From an uncultured Microthrixaceae bacterium (GTDB lineage Bacteria > Actinomycetota > Acidimicrobiia > Acidimicrobiales > DATDAH01): 64,000 nucleotides of DNA. The stretch is taken from the NCBI GenBank assembly GCA_963725155.1, contig CAVRXU010000002.1:994581-1058580 (forward strand), written 5' to 3'. The notes below the pieces were generated by a model. That model had not been told where the DNA came from, ran no database searches, and saw nothing but the letters and a program-made list of their open reading frames with translations. This document shows positions 18,399 to 26,491 of the stretch, piece by piece. Both the position numbers and the translations under genes were made by a program. Numbering within the stretch: the stretch's first letter is position 1; each line of letters starts with the position of its first letter.

Positions 18399-20559
18399 CT
18401 ACCGAGCGACGGCCACCGGCTTCGGATCGACGGCATCGACGTGGTCGGGCACGACCAGACCCGTGCCCGCCGCCTTGGCCCGGTAGAGCGCCCGATCGGC
18501 GCGCGCCATCAGGCGGTCCGGGGTCTCGCCCTCGCCGAGCCTCGCCACCCCGACCGAGCACGACGGCTGGCCGCTCGCGCCCATGCGTTCGAGGACGGGG
18601 ACGGCGTCGGCCAGGCCGCAGCCGGGCAGGAGCACGACGAACTCGTCACCCCCGACCCGGGCCAGCACGTCGGTCGCCCGGAGCACGCTCTGCCACTGCC
18701 GCGGCCAGGGTGGCCAGGATGCCGTCTCCGGCCTGGTGGCCGTGGGTGTCGTTGATCTCCTTGAAGTCGTCGACGTCGACGACGGCCAGGCAGAGTGACG
18801 CCCCGTCCCGCTCGGCCCGGGCGATCTCCCGGGGGAGCAGGGCCTCGAAGGCCTGCCGGTTGGGCAGCCCGGTGAGCAGGTCGGTCGACGCCACCGCCCG
18901 CAACTGGCGGGCCAGCCAACCCACCACCCCCGCCCCCACCGCCGACGAGCCGAGGATCATGATGAGGATCCCGACGGGCTGGTAGGTGTCGGTCACGGTC
19001 AGCACACCGGTGAGGCAGCCCGCGACGAGGGCGAAGTGACCGATCGTGGCCCGCCAGTCGTAGAAGGCGGCGGCGTAGAGCACGACCCAGATGTAGAGGC
19101 TGGTCGTGGCCACCATGAGGCCGGGATCGTCGCTGAGCAGGGCGCCCATGGACACGACGAGGGTGCCTCCGGCGAGGAGCACATGGAGCCCCCAGCGGGG
19201 GATCCAAGAGCCGAACCGGAGCAGGAGGATGGCAACGGGGATGCCAATGGATCCCACCAACGCCGCGGTCACCGTGTCGAGGGTCCGTTCCGGGGTGAGC
19301 GCCGAGGTGGTCAGGGCCATGCCGGCCCCGGCGATGAAGAGGACGGCCAGGGCCACGGTGCGGGCCTCGTGCTGGCCGGTCGTGTCCTTGGTGCGCAGCG
19401 ATCCACCGAACCAGCGCTGGAGCGCCTTCTGGAGGTTCGGCCGGGACCGCGGCCCGGTCGGGGTCGGGTCCCGGTCGGCGCGCTCGTCGGCGATGAGGGC
19501 CATCAGCTCGTCGGGCGCCAGGGGTGCGGCGAACAGGAAGCCCTGGCCCCGGTGGCAGCCGAGATCGAGGAGCATGCGGGCCTGGCTCTCGGTCTCGATG
19601 CCCTCGGCCACCACGGTCAGGCCGAGGTCATGGGCCAGGTCGATGATCCCCGCGGCGATGCGACGGTCGTCGGCATGGGCGTCGCGCCCGAGCCGTTGCA
19701 CGAAGGCCCGGTCGATCTTCACGATGTCCACGGGCAGCCGTCGGAGGTAGGCCAGCGAGGAATAGCCGGTGCCGAAGTCGTCGACGGCGATGAGCACCCC
19801 CATGGCCCGCAGGCGGTCCAGCTGCCGCAGGGCGTCGGAGTGCTCGGTCAGGATGGCCGTCTCGGTCAGCTCCAGCACGAGGCCGTTCGCGGGGATGCGA
19901 TGGCGACGCAGGGCCCGCTCGACCACGGCGGCCAGGTCACCGTCCTCGACCTGGTGGATCGACACGTTCACCGAGAGGCGGAACGGTCGGTCGGCGTCGA
20001 GGGCCCCCTTGCGCCACTGGGCGAACTGCCGGCAGGCCTCGTCGATCACCCACGCCCCCAAGGGGTGGATCTCCCCCGAGGACTCGCTCTGGGGGATGAA
20101 CTGGTCGGGCATGACCCGGCCCCGGTCGGGGTGCTCCCAGCGCACGAGGGCTTCGGCGGCGATCACCTCGCGCTGGCGAAGGGCCACCACGGGCTGGTAC
20201 TCCAGCACCAGCTCCCCCCGATCGGCAGCCCCGGCCAGCTCGCTGCCGAGGCGGAGGCCCTCCAGCTCCAGGTGCGCCGACCGACGGGTGCGGCCGACCA
20301 CATGGGCGAAGAAGAGGCCCACGATGACGAAGAACACCGCCCGGGTTCCCCAGTCGCTGAAGGCCTGGGCCTGCCCGGTGGTGACGTCAGCCGGGGTCAG
20401 GGGACCGGCCAGGACGCCCGCCGTCAGGCCGGCGGTCAGGACGCCCCAGGGACCGAAGCGCCCGCCGGCCAGGAGGACGGGGATGTAGAACCAGTGGGGA
20501 GAGACGTGATCCGTGCCGCCGGCGGACCACGCCAGCAGGAGCGAGCCCCAGAGCAGCAC
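18399..20559 (-). CDS. TM-EAL-TM-GGDEF dual c-di-GMP enzyme, one frameshift at ~18700
   Basis: EALVRW, DDFGTGYSSL; second TM bundle; TDLLTGLPNR, DVDDFK; GGDEF (RVGGDEF) continues in another frame (18399-18686). Confidence 0.85.
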
Positions 20560-20725
20560 CGCGACCCAGAGCGCGCTCAGGGCGCGGCTGGCCCCCGGCC
20601 GACCCTCCAGGAGGCGGAGGAGCCGGTCGTCGCCCTCAGCGGGCCGAGCGGGTAGGGAGAAGACAGGGATGCCCTTCCCGTCGGCCGCGTGCCCCGATTC
20701 TTGCGAGACACCCGCCGATCACTCC

Positions 20726-20764
20726 CGAGGCATCAGCTGTCGGATTCGGACAGCTGATGCCTCG
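20726..20764 (-). terminator. 16-bp perfect inverted repeat downstream of surE
   Basis: cgaggcatcagctgtc-N7-gacagctgatgcctcg. Confidence 0.65.
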
Positions 20765-20794
20765 AGGTCGGCAGGGCGTGGACCGACTGGGGGC

Positions 20795-21658
20795 TCAGGC
20801 GGTGAGCTCGCTCTGGACGGGATGACCGGCCAGGAAGCCGGTGACGTCGTTGGTGGGGTCGGCCACCGCGGTCTCGCAGTCCACGGCGCCCAGGTCCATG
20901 CCGGCGACCTCGGCCTCCGTGGCCACGGGGACCTCCAGCAGATCGCCCTGCTCGCCCGACGGACAGGTGGGCACGTTGAGGTTGGTGACTTCGGCGATGC
21001 CGTCGACCGGGTCCGCGGCCACCAGCTCGTCGCGGTGTTCGTTGATCCAGGCCAGCGTGAGTTCGGCCGCGGCCGGGTAGTCGGGCTCGGGACCGCCGTT
21101 GACGAAGATGCCCTGGCTCACAGCCAGCGACGGGATGCCGGCCCGGCCGCCGGTGCGGGCGGCGCCCACTGTCCCCGACAGCTCGGTGAGGGGGCCGATG
21201 TTCTGGCCGTAGTTGATGCCGGTGACGACGAGGTGCGGTGGTTCGGCCATGGAGGCCAGTCCCTGCTCGACGGCGTCGGCGGGAAAGCCGTCGACCGCCG
21301 TGGCCGGATACCCCGAGAGCGTCGTCACCTCGCTGGTGGGCTGCTCGCCCGGCTCGGTGTTGTCACTCGTGCCGCTCCGGTCTTCCAGCGGGATCGAGAC
21401 AGTGACCTCGACGTCCTCCAGCGTGAGCAGGGCCTCGACCAGGGTGTCGAGGCCCTCGCCCACGCCCTCGTGGCCGTCGTCGTTGGACACGAGGATGCGG
21501 AACGTCTCCGGCGCCGCCGTCGTGGTCGTGGTGTCCTCGGCCGGCGCCGCGGTGGTGTCGGACGCGGCGGTGTCGTCACCGCCCCCGCCATCGTCACCGC
21601 CGCAGGCCGCCAGCACCAACACCGCAGCCAGACAGGCCGCCGTCATCCGTCCCCGCAT
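20795..21658 (-). CDS. surE: SurE-family 5'/3'-nucleotidase, lipoprotein
   Basis: ILVSNDDG, RSGTS, G.PAD, GINYGQN, SGTVGAA; LAAC lipobox. Confidence 0.88.
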   Translation of the reverse strand: MRGRMTAACLAAVLVLAACGGDDGGGGDDTAASDTTAAPAEDTTTTTAAPETFRILVSNDDGHEGVGEGLDTLVEALLTLEDVEVTVSIPLEDRSGTSDNTEPGEQPTSEVTTLSGYPATAVDGFPADAVEQGLASMAEPPHLVVTGINYGQNIGPLTELSGTVGAARTGGRAGIPSLAVSQGIFVNGGPEPDYPAAAELTLAWINEHRDELVAADPVDGIAEVTNLNVPTCPSGEQGDLLEVPVATEAEVAGMDLGAVDCETAVADPTNDVTGFLAGHPVQSELTA

Positions 21659-21710
21659 CTGTGCCGTCTCCCCCGAGTTGTGATCCGAAGTCGGTCAGTA
21701 TCGTCGGCGC

Positions 21711-22253
21711 GTGCGTGTCGCTCCATTCGCCCTCGTCGTCGCGTCCGCCGTGATGGTCGTCGCGTGTGGTGACGACGGCGGCGGAGCGACCGACGCCGAG
21801 GCCGCGGCGGGCGCGTGTGGGGTCCTCGTGGCCTGGACCAACGATGTGGCCGAGATCGTCAACGACACCCAGGTCGTCATGCAGGAGGGCGCCGACTTCC
21901 GGGCCCTCATGCTCGCCGCCATCGACGATGTGGTCGCCCGAACCGACGATCTGGGCACCGAGCTGGCCGACGTGGACTACCCCGACACCGAGGGCGGGGA
22001 CGCCTTCGCCGAGGAGCTCACGCGCGGTCAGCGGGCGGCGGCGGAGGACATCGCCGGGTTCCGGGAGGAGATCCTGGCCATCCCGGACACCGACCCCGAG
22101 GGCCGCAACTTCCGCAAGGCCCAGCTGGTCGTGGAGTTGGAGAAGCCCAGGTCCCTGGTCAAGCCCGACGTCCAGGGCGACCTCGGCGACGAGGACCTCG
22201 AAGCCGCCATCGCGGCCGAGGACTCCTGCCGGTTCGTCACCCGCTCGCAGTAG
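21711..22253 (+). CDS. Hypothetical lipoprotein
   Basis: VVAC-GDDGG lipobox; acidic helical body. Confidence 0.7.
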   Translation: MRVAPFALVVASAVMVVACGDDGGGATDAEAAAGACGVLVAWTNDVAEIVNDTQVVMQEGADFRALMLAAIDDVVARTDDLGTELADVDYPDTEGGDAFAEELTRGQRAAAEDIAGFREEILAIPDTDPEGRNFRKAQLVVELEKPRSLVKPDVQGDLGDEDLEAAIAAEDSCRFVTRSQ

Positions 22254-22262
22254 GAGTCAGCG

Positions 22263-23042
22263 ATGAAGGTCTGGTCCCGACGTGAGGTGTTGGTGGCTGG
22301 AGCCGCAGCTGCGGTCGTGGCCGCGTGCGGGGGCGACGACGGTGGCCCGGCCGACGCCACCGGGACGACGCCGTCCACCGCTGCGCCGTCGGCGAGCACC
22401 ACGGTCGCGACCACCGCAACGACCGCTCCGGCGGCCACAGGGGCGGCCCTGACCGCGGCGGACTTCGACGGTCTCGGCACGTGCGCCCTGACCCCGGAGC
22501 AGACCGCCGGCCCGTTCCCTCTGGACGAGCAGTTCGAGCGCCGGGACATCACCGAGGGCTACCCCGGCCATCCCCTCCACCTCGGCCTCCGGGTCGTGGA
22601 CGCCGACTGTGCACCGGTCGCGGGGGCCGCCGTCGAGGTGTGGCACACCGATGCCACCGGGGACTACTCGGCCTTCACCGACAACGGTGGGGGCAAGGAC
22701 GAGGCTGAGGGGACCACCTTCCTGCGGGGCACCCAGACGGCAGGGGACGACGGGATCGTCGAGTTCGCCACCATCTACCCGGGTTGGTACCGGGGCCGGG
22801 CCGTGCACATCCACGTGCGGGTCCACCGGGCCGGCGCCGTGGCCCTGACCAGCCAGGTCTACTTCGACGAGGCCTACACCGAGGACGTCTTCGCCACCGG
22901 CGAGTACGCCGAGTTCGGGCCGCCGGACACCACGTGGGCGGCCGACGGGATCGCGGGCGACCCGGTGGCCGACGGCACGGCGCTGGCCCTGACCGCCGAG
23001 GGGGAGGGGACCCGGGGTCTGCTCAACCTGGGTGTGCGTTAG
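22263..23042 (+). CDS. Intradiol ring-cleavage dioxygenase-like Tat lipoprotein
   Basis: SRREVL Tat motif, AAC lipobox, GPF, VEVWHTD..G.YS, FLRG.Q, TIYPGWY.GR..HIH. Confidence 0.85.
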   Translation: MKVWSRREVLVAGAAAAVVAACGGDDGGPADATGTTPSTAAPSASTTVATTATTAPAATGAALTAADFDGLGTCALTPEQTAGPFPLDEQFERRDITEGYPGHPLHLGLRVVDADCAPVAGAAVEVWHTDATGDYSAFTDNGGGKDEAEGTTFLRGTQTAGDDGIVEFATIYPGWYRGRAVHIHVRVHRAGAVALTSQVYFDEAYTEDVFATGEYAEFGPPDTTWAADGIAGDPVADGTALALTAEGEGTRGLLNLGVR

Positions 23043-23500
23043 GCGACGGCGGGGGCCAGGGCGGCGACCATCGGGGCATTGAAGTCCGAGCTGCTGCCCG
23101 GCATCTTGTTCGAGTCGAGCTCGATGCTGTCGCCGTTGGGCAGGTGGAAGCGGACGCGGTTGGCCAAGGCGCCCTGGTTGACCACCTCGGCCCGCACGCC
23201 GCGGCGCTCGAACACGCCGATCGGGTCCTTGAGCTTGAGGCTGGTGCCCCGCGGCTTGTAGCCGAACACGAAGACCCGGTCCGCGGTCACACCGATGACG
23301 ACGTTGGGAGGCAGGCCGCCCGTGGCGCCCTTGGCCGACTTTCGCTTGATCGACGCGGCCAACGGAGAGAGCTGGCCGATGAACACGGAGTTCATGGAGC
23401 CGGGGCGGGAGAAGATCCCCACCGCCTCGACCGGCTCGCCGATGTGGGCGCTGATGTCCTCGATGTACTTCTGGCGGTATTTGTCGTTGCGATCAGCCAT
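23039..23500 (-). CDS. Hypothetical protein (possibly PH-like fold)
   Basis: Strong host codon bias; VIGVTADRVFVF pattern. Confidence 0.7.
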   Translation of the reverse strand: MADRNDKYRQKYIEDISAHIGEPVEAVGIFSRPGSMNSVFIGQLSPLAASIKRKSAKGATGGLPPNVVIGVTADRVFVFGYKPRGTSLKLKDPIGVFERRGVRAEVVNQGALANRVRFHLPNGDSIELDSNKMPGSSSDFNAPMVAALAPAVA

Positions 23501-23568
23501 CGCACTGCTCCGATTCGGTCTGGTTGCCGTCCATGTCCCCAGGGGACCACGGCCGCTCGTCGGGCACA

Positions 23569-23585
23569 TGAGTACGGATTACTCA
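23569..23585. promoter_or_regulatory. Inverted repeat, candidate operator
   Basis: TGAGTA-N5-TACTCA in an AT-rich divergent intergenic region. Confidence 0.45.
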
Positions 23586-23612
23586 ATTGCCCGTCACCCG
23601 GCTCCCGGATGG

Positions 23613-23634
23613 TGTCACCCCCGCGGGGTACGGT
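23613..23634 (+). promoter_or_regulatory. PafBC/RecA-NDp-type DNA-damage promoter, leaderless
   Basis: TGTCAC-N10-TACGGT, then 7 nt to the herA ATG at 23642. Confidence 0.7.
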
Positions 23635-23641
23635 CCGATCG

Positions 23642-25315
23642 ATGGCGACCGTGGGCAGGGTGATCGGGACCGAGGACGCCACGCCGCTGGAGTTCTGGGT
23701 GGGGATCGGGCCCGACGCCTTCCTCCAACTCGACGACGTGGTGGCCCTGGAGCGGGCCCTGCCCGACGGAAGGACGGTGAAGATCTACGGCATGGTCAGC
23801 CAGGTGCGGGCCCGGCACGAGGGGGCGTCCTTGGACAGTGACGTGTTCCTGATCGAGGAGGGGATCCTGCCCGCCGAGGTCAGCCGGGCGGCGCTGATCC
23901 AGTCCACCCGCTTCGAGCCCGAGGTCTTCGTCCCGCCGTTGCCGGGCACGGTCGTCGAGCGGGCGCAGGGCGCGGCCCGGGATCAGGCCCTGTTCTTCGA
24001 CCAGATGGACCGGAAGCTGCCCGCCGGGTTGTCCCGGGACGACGAGCCCCTCTATCTGGACCTCGACTTCCTGGACGGCACCAAGGGGGCCCACGTCAAC
24101 ATCAGTGGGGTCTCGGGGGTGGCCACCAAGACCAGCTACGCCACCTTCCTCCTCTACAGCCTCTTCCATTCGGGTGTGCTGGGGAGCGAGGCGGTCAACA
24201 CGAAGGCCCTCATCTTCAACGTCAAGGGCGAAGACCTGCTGTTCCTCGACCACGAGAACACCCAGCTGGCCGACGAGGAGCGGGCCAAGTACGCCCACCT
24301 CGACCTGCCCGTCGGAGCATTCCGCAGCATGGCCGTGTGGGCCCCGCCCCGGCGGGACGACCCGACGGCCGCGCCCGACGTCGCCGGCCGTCACGGTGGG
24401 GTCACCTCGTTCTTCTGGACGCTGGAGCAGTTCTGCGGGGACGAGCTGCTGCCCTTCCTGTTCGCCGACGCCGAGGACGACCGCCAGCAGTACACGATGG
24501 TCGTGCACAACGTGACCGCCCGCCTGGCCGCCGACGCCCAGGGCGCAGGGGAGGGAGCGGTGCGCATCGACGGCGACACCGCCCGCACCTTCCGGGAACT
24601 GGTCGAGCTCATCTCGAACCGGGTCCTGGACGAGGGCGAGGCCGACCGCTGGGCGGGCCGGGCCATCGGGGCGGGCACGGTCAACGCCTTCATCCGCCGC
24701 CTCCATGGCTCCATCCGCCACCTGGACCGCCTCATCCGGGCCGATGTGCCCGACGCCGAGGCCCACCTCGTCAACGACGAGGCCCAGGTCACGGTGGTCG
24801 ACCTCCACAACCTCAACGACCGGGCCAAGCGCTTCGTCGTCGGCGTGGTCCTGCGCCGGGCCTTCGACAAGAAGGAGCGTCAGGGCCACGCCCGGCCCTT
24901 GCAGTTCGTGGTCCTCGACGAGCTCAACAAGTACGCCCCCCGGGAGGGGGCCAGCCCGATCAAGGAGATCCTCCTCGACGTGGCCGAGCGGGGACGCTCG
25001 CTCGGGATCATCCTCATCGGGGCCCAGCAGACGGCCAGCGAGGTCGAGCGCCGCATCGTGGCCAACTGCGCCATCCGGGTGGTGGGCCGCCTCGACCCGG
25101 CCGAGGCCGGACGGGGCGAGTACGGGTTCCTGCCGCCGGTGCAGCGGGACCGGGCGACGATCATCAAGCCGGGCACCATGCTCGTCGCCCAGCCCCACTT
25201 GCCGGTCCCCCTGGTGACCCAGTTCCCGTTCCCCGCCTGGGCGACGCGTTCCGCCGAGGCCGGGGCCAACCCCCACGCCACCAACCAGCCCGACGACCCG
25301 TTCGAGGGGCTCTGA
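23642..25315 (+). CDS. herA: HerA DNA translocase/ATPase
   Basis: N-terminal HAS-barrel-like region, HVNISGVSGVATKT Walker A, FNVKGED, VVLDELNKYAP, ERGRSLG, AQQ. Confidence 0.88.
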   Translation: MATVGRVIGTEDATPLEFWVGIGPDAFLQLDDVVALERALPDGRTVKIYGMVSQVRARHEGASLDSDVFLIEEGILPAEVSRAALIQSTRFEPEVFVPPLPGTVVERAQGAARDQALFFDQMDRKLPAGLSRDDEPLYLDLDFLDGTKGAHVNISGVSGVATKTSYATFLLYSLFHSGVLGSEAVNTKALIFNVKGEDLLFLDHENTQLADEERAKYAHLDLPVGAFRSMAVWAPPRRDDPTAAPDVAGRHGGVTSFFWTLEQFCGDELLPFLFADAEDDRQQYTMVVHNVTARLAADAQGAGEGAVRIDGDTARTFRELVELISNRVLDEGEADRWAGRAIGAGTVNAFIRRLHGSIRHLDRLIRADVPDAEAHLVNDEAQVTVVDLHNLNDRAKRFVVGVVLRRAFDKKERQGHARPLQFVVLDELNKYAPREGASPIKEILLDVAERGRSLGIILIGAQQTASEVERRIVANCAIRVVGRLDPAEAGRGEYGFLPPVQRDRATIIKPGTMLVAQPHLPVPLVTQFPFPAWATRSAEAGANPHATNQPDDPFEGL

Positions 25316-25321
25316 GCCACC

Positions 25322-26491
25322 GTGAAGCTGCTCCACACCAGTGACTGGCACGTCGGCAAGGCCATGCGGGGCCAGAGCCGGGCCGAGGAGCACGAGGCGG
25401 TCCTGGCCGAGATCACCGGCGTGGCGGCCGCCGAGGCCGTCGACCTGGTCCTGGTCACGGGTGACCTGTTCGAGACCTCGGCTCCGACGCCGGAGTCCGA
25501 GGCCATCGTCTACCGCCACCTCCTGGGCCTGGCCGGCACGGGGGCCAAGGTCGTGGTCATCGCCGGCAACCATGACAACCCGCGCCGCCTGGCCGCGGTG
25601 ACGCCCCTCCTGGCCTTGGGCCAGGTCACGCTGCTGGCCGAGCCGGCGAAGGCCGACGCCGGCGGGGTGATCCGCTTCGAGACGGCGGACGGCGAGCCGG
25701 TCAACCTGGCCCTGCTGCCCTTCGTGTCCCAGCGGGGGATCGTCAAGGCGGACGACCTGATGACCATGCAGGCCGACGAGCACTCGGCCACCTACGCCGA
25801 GCGCCTGCGCCGCCTCGTCGAGCACCTCACCGACGGCCTCGACGGGGAGGACGCCGTGAACCTGCTGGCCGCCCACGCCATGGTCGCGGGTGGGGTCCTC
25901 GGAGGGGGCGAGCGGTCGGCCCACACGATCTTCCAGTACGCCCTGCCCGGTGGCGCCTTCCCGGCCGCGCTGCACTACGTCGCCCTCGGTCACCTCCACC
26001 GGACCCAGTCGATCCCCGGGGCGGCCTGCCCGGCTTGGTACGCGGGGTCCCCGCTGGCCCTCGACTTCGGCGAGGAGGCGGACCGCAAGGCCGTGCTGAT
26101 CGTCGACGCGTCGCCCGGGGCACCGGCCACCGTCCGGCCGGTCCCCCTCGAGGCGGGTCGGGCGCTCCGCACGCTGCGGGGGACCTTCGCTGATCTCCGG
26201 GCCGCGGCGAGGGACGTCGGCGACGCCTGGCTCCGGGTCGAGGTCGACGAGCCGGCCCGGGCCGGCCTGGCCGAGGAGGTCCGCGAGCTCCTCCCCAATG
26301 CCGTGCAGGTGTCGGCTCGTCCCACCGACGCCGCCGACGCCGTGCCCCGCGCCGCCCGGCTGGGGCGCTCGCCCGACGAGCTCTTCACCGAGTACCTGGC
26401 CGAGCAGGACGTGGAGGATGAGCGGCTGCTGGCCCTGTTCCGGGAGCTGCACGACGAGCTCAGCGACTCGGGGAGCGTCGATGCGGCCTGA
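25322..26491 (+). CDS. sbcD: SbcD/Mre11 nuclease
   Basis: HTSDWHVG, TGDLF, AGNHD, YVALGHLH, YAGSP..DFGE. Confidence 0.95.
   Translation: MKLLHTSDWHVGKAMRGQSRAEEHEAVLAEITGVAAAEAVDLVLVTGDLFETSAPTPESEAIVYRHLLGLAGTGAKVVVIAGNHDNPRRLAAVTPLLALGQVTLLAEPAKADAGGVIRFETADGEPVNLALLPFVSQRGIVKADDLMTMQADEHSATYAERLRRLVEHLTDGLDGEDAVNLLAAHAMVAGGVLGGGERSAHTIFQYALPGGAFPAALHYVALGHLHRTQSIPGAACPAWYAGSPLALDFGEEADRKAVLIVDASPGAPATVRPVPLEAGRALRTLRGTFADLRAAARDVGDAWLRVEVDEPARAGLAEEVRELLPNAVQVSARPTDAADAVPRAARLGRSPDELFTEYLAEQDVEDERLLALFRELHDELSDSGSVDAA

Noticed and set aside
22784-23641. Long N-terminal extension of HerA given by the ORF track (843 aa)
   Set aside because: Overlaps two other genes; the leaderless promoter and motif onset place the start at 23642
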